Shown here: positions 9,793 to 18,423 of the stretch, piece by piece
Position numbering within the stretch: the first letter of the stretch is position 1
Layout of the letters: each line of letters starts with the position of its first letter
Notes under the pieces: model-generated
What the model saw: the letters and a program-made list of their open reading frames with translations, nothing else
Told to the model about the DNA's origin: nothing
Databases searched by the model: none
Made by a program: the position numbers and the translations under genes
From: Deltaproteobacteria bacterium
GTDB taxonomy: Bacteria > Bdellovibrionota > JACOXK01
NCBI GenBank assembly: GCA_016182335.1
Contig: JACOXK010000010.1
Coordinates: 1 to 32,328, forward strand
Direction of reading: 5' to 3'
DNA length: 32,328 nucleotides

Positions 9793-12003
9793 ATGTCCCA
9801 TTTGGTTATTGTGGAATCTCCTGCCAAGGCACGAACGCTTGAAAAATATTTGGGTAAGAATTTTCACGTCAAAGCTTCCGTCGGTCATGTCAAAGATTTG
9901 CCAAAGTCGAAACTAGGCGTTGATGTTAAGAAAAAATTCAAACCCGAATACGTTGTTCTGAAAGATAAGCAAAAGGTTCTTGATGAAATCAAAAAAGCCG
10001 CTAAAAAGTCAGATGCAGTTTATCTTGCCCCTGATCCTGACAGAGAGGGTGAGGCTATAGCGTGGCATATTCGAGATGAGTTGAAGAAAATCAACACGAA
10101 TATTCAACGGGTAAGCTTTAACCAAATTACTAAAAATGCTGTTTTGGAAGCGTTCAAACATCCCTATGAACTGGATGAAAATAGATTTAATGCTCAGCAA
10201 ACCAGGAGAATTTTAGATCGTCTCGTGGGTTATATGATCAGCCCAGTTCTTTGGGATAAAGTGCGGCGCGGTCTTTCTGCAGGTCGAGTCCAATCTGTCG
10301 CTGTTCGACTCATTGTTGAAAGAGAAAGAGAGATTCAAGCCTTTAAACCTGAGGAATATTGGACGGTCAGTTGTTTCTTCGAAAAAAATAATACTCTGTT
10401 TGAAGCAAAGCTCTTTAAAATTAATGACGAAAAGCCCGAAATCAAAAATGAACAGCAATCTGGGCTTATTACTCAAGACTTAAACAACGGAAAGTTTCAA
10501 GTAACTTCCATTGAAAGGAAGGAAAAAAAAAGGAATCCTCTTCCACCTTATATTACGAGCACTCTACAACAGGACGCTTATTCCCGATATCGGTTTACAA
10601 CAAAAAAAACAATGGGATTAGCACAGAAACTCTATGAAGGAGTTGATCTGGGAGACTTAGGAACTCATGGTCTTATTACTTATATGAGAACAGATTCTAC
10701 CAATATTGCACCTGAAGCTGTCCATCAAGCCAGATCCTTTATCACTCAAACCTATGGAAAAGATTTTATTCCACAGGCGGCTCATATGTATAAATCTGCA
10801 AAAGCCGCCCAAGAAGCGCACGAGTGTGTGCGCCCTACCTCTGTGGATTTTGAACCCTCAAAAGTTAAAAGATATTTGGCTCCAGATCAATTTAAACTCT
10901 ATCAGCTCATTTGGAATCGCTTTCTGGCCTGTCAAATGTCTGCAGCCGTTTTTGATCAAACGGCTATAGATATTTCTTGCTCGCAGTATGTTTTAAGAGC
11001 CAACGGTTCCATTCTTAAATTTGAAGGCTTCTTAAAAGTTTACGGAGAAAGGGAAGAATCAAACACTTTACCTGAATTAGTCGAAAAAGAACTTCTCTCA
11101 CTGAATAAGGTTGATCCTAAACAACACTTTACCCAACCTCCACCACGATTTAATGAAGGCAGCCTTGTTAAAGACCTTGAAAGCAAAGGAATCGGCAGAC
11201 CTTCAACGTATGCGAGTATTCTTTCAAACATTGTTGAAAAAAAATACGTGGAAAAAAATGAGGGTAGATTTCAACCCACTGAGTTAGGTTTATTAGTTAC
11301 AGATCTTCTCGTTAAAAGCTTTCCGGAAATCTTAGATATTGCCTTTACAGCTGATATGGAAAACCAACTTGATGCCATTGAAGAGGGGAAGGCTGATTGG
11401 ATTAAGCTTCTGGATGAATTTTATAAAAGCTTTTCACAACATGTTAAAAAAGCAAAGAAAGAGATGAAAGATGTCAAAGGACAAGAAACCCCAACTGACT
11501 TAAAATGCACGACATGTCATGCAAGTATGGTTATCAAGTGGGGTAGGCGTGGAAAGTTCCTTGCCTGTTCAAATTATCCTGAATGTCGTGAAACATCGGA
11601 TTTTAAAGAAGTGGATGGCATAATTGAAATCGTAAAACCTGAAGTTTCAGATGAAAAATGTGAAAAATGTGGTAGTCCCATGCAGGTCAAATCCGGACGA
11701 TTTGGAAAGTTTCTTGCTTGCTCCAAATACCCAGAATGTAAATCTACAAAATCGCTGGGTATTGGAATCAAATGCCCACTCGAAGACTGCGGTGGGGATG
11801 TTGTACAGCGCCGTTCTAAAAGAGGCAGATTTTTCTATGGTTGCTCTAAATATCCAAAATGTAATTTTGTAAGCTGGTACAAACCTATCTCGCAGGCATG
11901 CCCAAAATGTAAGGCCTCGTACGTTTTAGAAAAAGTCTCAAAGAAAGAGGGCACAATGATGATTTGTTCCCGTAAAGAATGCGATTACAAGAAATCACTC
12001 TAG
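9793..12003 (+). CDS. topA: DNA topoisomerase I
   Basis: Toprim N-terminus LVIVESPAKA, DPDREGEAIAWH, active-site region ITYMRTDS, and four C-terminal CxxC...CxxC zinc ribbons. The ORF is open from TTG 9775. ATG 9793 is preceded by AAGGAAAAAG. Confidence 0.95.
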   Translation: MSHLVIVESPAKARTLEKYLGKNFHVKASVGHVKDLPKSKLGVDVKKKFKPEYVVLKDKQKVLDEIKKAAKKSDAVYLAPDPDREGEAIAWHIRDELKKINTNIQRVSFNQITKNAVLEAFKHPYELDENRFNAQQTRRILDRLVGYMISPVLWDKVRRGLSAGRVQSVAVRLIVEREREIQAFKPEEYWTVSCFFEKNNTLFEAKLFKINDEKPEIKNEQQSGLITQDLNNGKFQVTSIERKEKKRNPLPPYITSTLQQDAYSRYRFTTKKTMGLAQKLYEGVDLGDLGTHGLITYMRTDSTNIAPEAVHQARSFITQTYGKDFIPQAAHMYKSAKAAQEAHECVRPTSVDFEPSKVKRYLAPDQFKLYQLIWNRFLACQMSAAVFDQTAIDISCSQYVLRANGSILKFEGFLKVYGEREESNTLPELVEKELLSLNKVDPKQHFTQPPPRFNEGSLVKDLESKGIGRPSTYASILSNIVEKKYVEKNEGRFQPTELGLLVTDLLVKSFPEILDIAFTADMENQLDAIEEGKADWIKLLDEFYKSFSQHVKKAKKEMKDVKGQETPTDLKCTTCHASMVIKWGRRGKFLACSNYPECRETSDFKEVDGIIEIVKPEVSDEKCEKCGSPMQVKSGRFGKFLACSKYPECKSTKSLGIGIKCPLEDCGGDVVQRRSKRGRFFYGCSKYPKCNFVSWYKPISQACPKCKASYVLEKVSKKEGTMMICSRKECDYKKSL

Positions 12004-13505
12004 ACAGCGACAGCGAGAATTTTTTGATTTAGTCCTTGGAATTTATCTAGCCATGCGTTTCTTGATTTCTTAAGCTCTTTTACAGCATTTTCATATTCCT
12101 GCACCTTAAAGTACTGTGACACCTTCCACTGCGACATATCACGTCCTAATATCTTCTGCGGAACGAGAAACTTGAAATACGGGTCTTGCTCCCATTCTAC
12201 GTGTCCTAATAAAGTATTTCTGAAGAAGAAAACGGTGTCATCAAGTTTTACTTTTTTGTCCTTAGAAGATCCTATATACCCGGTATTAACAAGATAAGAT
12301 TCTAGATGATTTTTTTTGATGATCCCATAAATGCGATTTCCCTCTTCTGCGCAAGAACCCATAATAAATGGGTTGGTCCCAACTTCTCTGACAGGCTCAC
12401 CCTTGGCTTTAGGGTCTGCCGCAGAAGTTTTGATAGATTCACCCAACATAAAATAAAGTGCTCCCTGCTCTTCACTTAGTTTTGCAATCGGTGGCATGAG
12501 AGGGTTTCTCGTAATAAAAAACAACTTATGCACTTTTTCACAATCAATATTTTCTGGACAAGTATGATCAATCTCCCTGACAGGAACTACGGCACGTCCG
12601 TTCGAAGTAAGTTCTGAGTTAAAAAAATCAATTTTACCATTTTTCTCAACCCATACATTTTCTAAAACTGCCTCTGGATGGGAAACTGCTCTATACAAAA
12701 GAGGTTGTTCTTCGGGTGTGATTCCATCCGTTTTAATATAAAACCCTCTGGCTTCGGTACCAAAACAGTGAGCATTTTCGTCGATCAAGACAACATCATC
12801 CTGCTTAATGACAGTAGTTTCCTCTCCCTTGTTGAAGCCAAAATCATGACATGTCAGAGAGGTTTTTCCCGTGCCACTCAAGCCAAAAAGTAAAAGACAT
12901 TCTGTTTTTTTAACACCATTCTTATCAATAAAAGTAACTTCTTTAGAGCCAGCATGAAGACCAAGCCCACCTTTTTCTTTCATACGATACATCGCCATTC
13001 TAAGAATAGACTTTTTTACTTCTCCGTAATAATCGCTTCCCAATACGAAAGAGACACCACAGTCTGCAAAGACAAGAATTCGTCTTTCTCCCTGGTTCCA
13101 TTCTGGAATATCAACTGTAATAAAATCAGGATTATGATGAGAATCAGTCCATGGCTCTAAGCTTCTGACGCACTCAAGAGCAAGCCTTGAAAACTTTTTT
13201 GTTACATACAATCTCACATGAAAAGCGTGCTCGCCCTGCCCTAGCTTTCTATCAATTTGAACAAACTCATGTTGAGCAATACTTTTTCGTAAATCTTCGA
13301 TGAAACCTAAATCTTGGGGAAGTATGTTTTTATCAACGGTTGTTCTGGTAAATTGAGCGCTTCGAGACCGGAATTTATCAACGTAACTAGCTGAACCAAA
13401 CTGTGTTGTTGTTTCATCATGTTTAGCAAAGCGTCGGATTTCATCATCCGTTGGGTTAGTAAAAACTTTTCCGAATTTCCAGGACCTTACGTCATACATA
13501 TTCAT
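12000..13505 (-). CDS. pckA: phosphoenolpyruvate carboxykinase (ATP)
   Basis: Kinase-1a loop FGLSGTGKTS and overall PckA-like length. The ORF-track start at 13517 is a TTG inside the SD GGAGG. ATG 13505 lies 5 nt downstream of GGAGG. Confidence 0.9.
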   Translation of the reverse strand: MNMYDVRSWKFGKVFTNPTDDEIRRFAKHDETTTQFGSASYVDKFRSRSAQFTRTTVDKNILPQDLGFIEDLRKSIAQHEFVQIDRKLGQGEHAFHVRLYVTKKFSRLALECVRSLEPWTDSHHNPDFITVDIPEWNQGERRILVFADCGVSFVLGSDYYGEVKKSILRMAMYRMKEKGGLGLHAGSKEVTFIDKNGVKKTECLLLFGLSGTGKTSLTCHDFGFNKGEETTVIKQDDVVLIDENAHCFGTEARGFYIKTDGITPEEQPLLYRAVSHPEAVLENVWVEKNGKIDFFNSELTSNGRAVVPVREIDHTCPENIDCEKVHKLFFITRNPLMPPIAKLSEEQGALYFMLGESIKTSAADPKAKGEPVREVGTNPFIMGSCAEEGNRIYGIIKKNHLESYLVNTGYIGSSKDKKVKLDDTVFFFRNTLLGHVEWEQDPYFKFLVPQKILGRDMSQWKVSQYFKVQEYENAVKELKKSRNAWLDKFQGLNQKILAVAV

Positions 13506-13708
13506 TTTTTCCTCCAAGATTGTCGTATCAGATTCAACTCAAAAATCCAAAGTTTTTTTCTCTAATTTCGACGCGGAAAATGCTTGATGTTTTTCTCTCT
13601 CTAACATCACTATCGTTGCCGGAATATTTTATGTGGGGAGGCTCCATCGAAGAACCAGTGAATATTGAGCTTGATTAATAACATCTCCTGATATAAAGTT
13701 CTGAAAAA

Positions 13709-13736
13709 TTGACGCGCGTTGTGCGCGTCATAATAA
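13709..13736 (+). promoter_or_regulatory. sigma-70-like promoter (TTGACG-16 nt-TAATAA) whose spacer is a GC-rich 8-bp inverted repeat, TGACGCGC-gttgt-GCGCGTCA
   Basis: Read directly. The -35 is at 13709-13714 and the -10 at 13731-13736. The inverted repeat arms are 13710-13717 and 13723-13730. It lies 23 nt upstream of the ATG at 13759. On the opposite strand the same hairpin is followed by ATTTTT. Confidence 0.45.
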
Positions 13737-13758
13737 ACACATAATAGGAAAGGAAAAC

Positions 13759-15504
13759 ATGAATAAGTACAATAAAATTAATATGTTAGTTTTTAGTCTA
13801 TTTTTTTCTCTTTTTATCAAAGTCTCATTAGCTTATGAAATACCTACTGAAATTGTCACAAAAGCCTCCGAGCTTATTGAAAAAACCAACAACTCACGCC
13901 ACAAGCAATTACTGACCCATTTTATTAATAAAAAAATTGAATTCTCCATTCAAAACCCTATTATTACAGATTTTGAAGACCAATATCCTGATCGCGATAT
14001 TCCACTGAATGAATTAGATTACTTCCAAGTTTTAACCTCTTTGATTGTTCCAACTCCGATTAAGTTTCTTCGCAATGAGATCAAAGATTATGAAAAGTTT
14101 TTTTCTGATCATATTAAAAGCTTCATTCCTTTCCGAATGTTTTCAAATCGCTATGATTCTCAAACAAATATTATGAGCGTACATGTGGAAGTACCGGAAG
14201 CTTTAAAAATACGACATGTACTTGAAGAATTGTATCTTAATTACACTATTGTTGCAGCTAACGACACGTACAGTTTTATTCTTAATATGGAATTCCCTAT
14301 TAATGTTAATATTCGAGATAGTCTTATTAAGATTTCTCTTGAAGATATACCAAACTCTGATTTTTGTATTGCTCATTTCAGCGCCTTGACACATTACAAT
14401 GGTGACGACGCCGGTAAAATCAAAACCGCAAAGACTGAAACACTCGTCAGTCCAGACCGGGATAAGAAAATTGAGGGTTTTGCCAACAAGCTTCGTAAAA
14501 CCATGCAACCTTTGATACTTGATATTCAAAAAGCCTTATTTCAAAAATATGAAGCTATAGAATCTAATAATCTTGTGACTCTAGCTTCGCTCCTCAAAAA
14601 AGACGTTCTAGATTATGGAAAATTCGTCATCGATGAAGATAAAGTTGTGTTTGCAAAAAGAGCTGAATTGGCGAGACGACTCCTGGATTTAAGAACGCAA
14701 GTTGTGGAGTCAAATACTGAATCGATCAAGGCTTTTAATGACGTTGTCTATACAGCTTCAAGACAAAAAGCCTATGGAAGAGAATATATTAATGAATACT
14801 TTCCACTCATCAAAGACCCTCTTCTTGCATCCAAGAGTTTACTAACCGATATTTTCATTCTGACGGGCTATGCTGATGAGGAGGAATCTTCTTTCTTTTC
14901 TAAGGTAGCACAAGCTCTATTCAATTTTCATGAGTATACAAGTCCCCTCACTCAATCTTATGCTCTTAAAATAAAATTCAAGTTCCAAGTAGAATTACTT
15001 CAAGAACTCCTACTGTTGGGTTTTGAAGAAGACCATAGCTTGTTTCAACAGGTGGGACTCATTAATAATTCTTATGCTGCTTCTGTATTTCATCATCTTT
15101 TGCAAAAAGGATCTCAGTATATATCAAAAAGCTTTAATAAACATTTTAATGTTTATTCTCAACCCTATGTTTGGTACATCTATTTTCCAGACTCTGAATT
15201 CTTTGAATTAGCCACGCAAGTTAAAACTCTTGTGCAAAAGAAAGCCTTTAAAACCCTTCTCTATTCCTATAATCCATCAGTTGAATCTACTTATAAAGGT
15301 GAGGTTGCGCATGAAATCCTGTCGATTGAAAATGATTACGCTTTGAATGTATTTAATGAGCTCCTCATTCAGGGTGTAGAAGAAAGTGTCTATTATGTCT
15401 ATGCTGCACGCGTCCGAACCCAGGCACAGGAAAAGCACTTCCTAACATGTTATTTTGAGTACAGAGACAGGGATCCAAAACTATTTAAGAGTATTGTGGA
15501 GTGA
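13759..15504 (+). CDS. hypothetical secreted protein
   Basis: 581 aa. SD AGGAAAGGA upstream. Signal-peptide-like N-terminus MNKYNKINMLVFSLFFSLFIKVSLA-YE. No motif recognised. Confidence 0.85.
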   Translation: MNKYNKINMLVFSLFFSLFIKVSLAYEIPTEIVTKASELIEKTNNSRHKQLLTHFINKKIEFSIQNPIITDFEDQYPDRDIPLNELDYFQVLTSLIVPTPIKFLRNEIKDYEKFFSDHIKSFIPFRMFSNRYDSQTNIMSVHVEVPEALKIRHVLEELYLNYTIVAANDTYSFILNMEFPINVNIRDSLIKISLEDIPNSDFCIAHFSALTHYNGDDAGKIKTAKTETLVSPDRDKKIEGFANKLRKTMQPLILDIQKALFQKYEAIESNNLVTLASLLKKDVLDYGKFVIDEDKVVFAKRAELARRLLDLRTQVVESNTESIKAFNDVVYTASRQKAYGREYINEYFPLIKDPLLASKSLLTDIFILTGYADEEESSFFSKVAQALFNFHEYTSPLTQSYALKIKFKFQVELLQELLLLGFEEDHSLFQQVGLINNSYAASVFHHLLQKGSQYISKSFNKHFNVYSQPYVWYIYFPDSEFFELATQVKTLVQKKAFKTLLYSYNPSVESTYKGEVAHEILSIENDYALNVFNELLIQGVEESVYYVYAARVRTQAQEKHFLTCYFEYRDRDPKLFKSIVE

Positions 15505-15510
15505 CCTTTC

Positions 15511-15595
15511 GTCATTCAGAGGCGCAAGCCGATGAGTCCAATATTAGATTGCCACGGTCTACATACGCTAGGCACGTTGTAGACCTCGCAATGAC
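15511..15595. repeat. nested palindromic (REP/MITE-like) element filling the convergent intergenic gap
   Basis: The outer arms GTCATTCAGAGG (15511-15522) and CCTCGCAATGAC (15584-15595) are near-complementary. The inner stem GGTCTACA (15556-15563) / TGTAGACC (15578-15585) is perfect, with a 14-nt loop. The GTCATTCNGAG core recurs elsewhere in the window. Confidence 0.6.
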
Positions 15596-15604
15596 ATCAT
15601 AAAT

Positions 15605-16954
15605 CTATAATATATACCTACTCAAATCTTGGTTTTGAGCAATATTCTGAAGATGTTTGAGGACATAGTCCCCATCCACAACAATATCTTTTTCTTGAAG
15701 ATCAGGAGCATCAAAGGAAACCTCGTCAAGAAGACGCTCCATAATCGTATGAAGTCTTCTTGCCCCTATGTTTTCTGTTGATTCATTGACTGATGTCGCA
15801 ATTTCAGAAATTTTCTCAATTCCCTCTTTTGTAAATTTCACATTGAGAGTTTCTGTTTTGAGAAGCTCTTCATATTGGCGAGTTAAAGAATTTTGCGGCT
15901 CTGTTAAGATTCTTACAAAATCACTTTGAGTCAGAGACTTTAATTCTACCCGAATCGGAAACCTGCCCTGCAATTCCGGAATGAGATCAGACGGTTTTGA
16001 AATATGAAAAGCACCAGCTGCTATAAAGAGAATATGATCCGTTTTGACCATTCCATATTTTGTAGCCACATTTGAGCCCTCAACAATAGGCAAAATATCA
16101 CGCTGCACTCCCTGGCGAGAAACGTCAGCACCATGAGATTCACGTCCTGCAATTTTATCAATTTCATCAAGAAAAATAATGCCATTGTTTTGCACGCGCG
16201 CAAGAGCCACGTCTACGACTTTATCCATATCTACTAAACGATAAGCTTCGCGATGTTTTAAAATTTTCAAAGCTTCTTTGATGGCTAAGTTTTTTCTTTT
16301 TTTTCGCTTTGGAATCATATTTGAAAACATGTCCTTAAGATTCAAGTCCATTCCCTCCATACCTTGAGGTGTCAAAATTTCGATAATGGGAAAGGCTCTT
16401 CTATCTTCTACTTCAAGCTCAACAAGCCGTTGGTCCAAAAGACCATCTCGTAGCATTTTTCTAAATTTTTCACGAGTGGAAAGCCCGGGTTCTTCCCCAG
16501 GACTTTCTGCCAGTGCCGCAGTACGCTCAGCTGCAGATAACGGAGGTAAAAGCAAATCTAGAATACGCTCTTCTGCCAATTCCGATGCTTTAGAAGATAC
16601 TTTAGCCTGTTCTTCTTCTTTAACCATATTGACGGAAATTTCTGTCAGATCTCGAATCATGGATTCAACATCTTTTCCCACATATCCAACTTCAGTATAT
16701 TTTGTTGCTTCGACTTTTAAAAATGGAGCATCGGCAAGCTTTGCAAGGCGTCTGGCAATTTCTGTTTTACCAACCCCTGTAGGGCCGATCATAATAATAT
16801 TTTTAGGCGCTATTTCGTCTCGCAGAGGAGGTTGAATTTTTTGTCTTCGCCAACGATTTCGAAGTGCAATAGCCACAGCTCTTTTAGCATCAGCCTGGCC
16901 CACAATGTATTTATCTAATTCAGAAACAATGTCCGCAGGTTTTATGTTCTTCAT
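15605..16954 (-). CDS. hslU: ATP-dependent protease ATPase subunit HslU
   Basis: 449 aa. [29 protein letters not shown], Walker [16 protein letters not shown], and [10 protein letters not shown]. Confidence 0.95.
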   Translation of the reverse strand: MKNIKPADIVSELDKYIVGQADAKRAVAIALRNRWRRQKIQPPLRDEIAPKNIIMIGPTGVGKTEIARRLAKLADAPFLKVEATKYTEVGYVGKDVESMIRDLTEISVNMVKEEEQAKVSSKASELAEERILDLLLPPLSAAERTAALAESPGEEPGLSTREKFRKMLRDGLLDQRLVELEVEDRRAFPIIEILTPQGMEGMDLNLKDMFSNMIPKRKKRKNLAIKEALKILKHREAYRLVDMDKVVDVALARVQNNGIIFLDEIDKIAGRESHGADVSRQGVQRDILPIVEGSNVATKYGMVKTDHILFIAAGAFHISKPSDLIPELQGRFPIRVELKSLTQSDFVRILTEPQNSLTRQYEELLKTETLNVKFTKEGIEKISEIATSVNESTENIGARRLHTIMERLLDEVSFDAPDLQEKDIVVDGDYVLKHLQNIAQNQDLSRYIL

Positions 16955-17487
16955 ATAGTCTGAACTTCTATCTTATCATTCGTATAGATACAAATATCCG
17001 AAGCTATTTTCAAAGAAGCTTCACACATGGTTTGAGCAGTCATTTGATGGCCAGGATTAAGTTTGAAAGCACGAGCAGCAGCCAACGCGTAAGCGCCCCC
17101 TGAACCAATAGCTATGACATCGTCATCGGGTTTCATCACGTCACCAGAACCAGAAAGCATGTAGATTTCTGTATTGTCAGCCACGAGCATAAGAGCCTCA
17201 AGCCTTCTTAAAACCCTGTCTGTTCGCCATTCTTTGGCAAGTGCTACGGAAGACTTTTTCAAACTTCCATGAAACTGCTCAAGCTTTCCTTCAAACTTTT
17301 CGAATAGAGTTAAAGCATCGGCAGTGCTTCCAGCAAAACCTGCCAGGACTTGGTTGTTATAAAGCCTTCGAATTTTCTTTGCAGTTTTTTTGACAATGGT
17401 GTGACCAAAACTGACCTGACCATCGCCACCAACAGCAGTCACGCCAGCATGTCTTAAAGCTAAAATTGTTGTTCCATGAAACTGCAT
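16951..17487 (-). CDS. hslV: ATP-dependent protease subunit HslV (CodW-like N-terminus)
   Basis: 178 aa. The [11 protein letters not shown]...GGDGQVSFG pattern is present. The catalytic TT is preceded by the 5 residues MQFHG, as in Bacillus CodW (MSSFHATTI). The stop overlaps the hslU start (ATGA). Confidence 0.92.
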   Translation of the reverse strand: MQFHGTTILALRHAGVTAVGGDGQVSFGHTIVKKTAKKIRRLYNNQVLAGFAGSTADALTLFEKFEGKLEQFHGSLKKSSVALAKEWRTDRVLRRLEALMLVADNTEIYMLSGSGDVMKPDDDVIAIGSGGAYALAAARAFKLNPGHQMTAQTMCEASLKIASDICIYTNDKIEVQTI

Positions 17488-17496
17488 TGTACTCTG

Positions 17497-18423
17497 TCAT
17501 TCAGAGTCCGACGGGATTTTTTTCTTACTCCGAGGATGAGCTTTGTCATACATTTCAACAATCTTGTCAATGGAGAGATGGGTGTATTTCTGTGTCGTAG
17601 AAAGGCTTTCATGACCTAAAAGCTCTTGCACAAGCCGCAGATCAGCACCCGCTTCAAGCATATGTGTTGCAAATGAATGCCTCAAAGCATGCGGGCTTAT
17701 TTTTTTAGAAATGCGCGCACGATAAGAATATTTTCTGACAATTCGATCTATCTGGCGACTGGAAAGGCGCCTTCCAAGACAACTTAAAAAAAAAGCATCA
17801 CAACTTTCACCTTTTTTTTGCAAAACATTTCTCACATCGTAAAACTGTTTGAGAGATTTTTGAGCAAAACTCCCAATAGGAAGGATCCTCTCTTTTCTTC
17901 TTTTTCCAAAGACTTTGACACTGGAAAAATCACTTCCAAAACTAGAAAGATTCAAACCAACAATCTCAGAAAGCCTCATTCCTGTCGCATAGAAGAGCTC
18001 CAGCAAAGCTCTATCTCTTGCTTCTACTATTTTTGATTTGTCATTCTGAGCGATAGCGAAGGATCTCCCATCCAACACATTAAAAACCTCATCCACATTG
18101 AGAAAAACAGGTAATTTATGCCTTCTTCGTGGAAGAGAAATGCTTGAAAAAATATCTTCTAGAATATATCCCTCTCGTTTCAGGTACTTAAAAAAAGATT
18201 TCAAAGCGGATAACTTTTTTGAAATCGTAGCCGAATCTAGGTCAGTAAACAAAGAAGCCACGTAAAGTCTAGCTTTTGAAATAGTAAGATTTTCAAGCTC
18301 CACTCCTTGTTGTTGAAGCTGCTGCAAAAAATCTAAAATATCTTTTCTATAAGAACGAAGTGTCAGAGGCGATGAATTTTTTTCATACTTAAGATAATTT
18401 AGGAATTTTTCCAATAGACTCAT
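17497..18423 (-). CDS. xerC: tyrosine recombinase XerC/CodV-type
   Basis: Core-binding N-terminal domain (YLKYEKNSSPLTLRSYRKDI), ARDRALLELFYATGMRLSE, HALRHSFATHML, LGHESLSTTQKYTH. ATG 18423 is the second Met of the track ORF. It overlaps the upstream stop as TGATG. Confidence 0.9.
   Translation of the reverse strand: MSLLEKFLNYLKYEKNSSPLTLRSYRKDILDFLQQLQQQGVELENLTISKARLYVASLFTDLDSATISKKLSALKSFFKYLKREGYILEDIFSSISLPRRRHKLPVFLNVDEVFNVLDGRSFAIAQNDKSKIVEARDRALLELFYATGMRLSEIVGLNLSSFGSDFSSVKVFGKRRKERILPIGSFAQKSLKQFYDVRNVLQKKGESCDAFFLSCLGRRLSSRQIDRIVRKYSYRARISKKISPHALRHSFATHMLEAGADLRLVQELLGHESLSTTQKYTHLSIDKIVEMYDKAHPRSKKKIPSDSE

Noticed and set aside
16386-16835. 149-aa plus-strand ORF (Ser/Arg-rich)
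   Set aside because: It is entirely antisense to the highly conserved hslU gene, a typical shadow ORF. The same reasoning applies to 601-1065, 5024-5419, 6165-6533, 6698-7108, 21923-22312 and the other short track ORFs lying inside confident genes.
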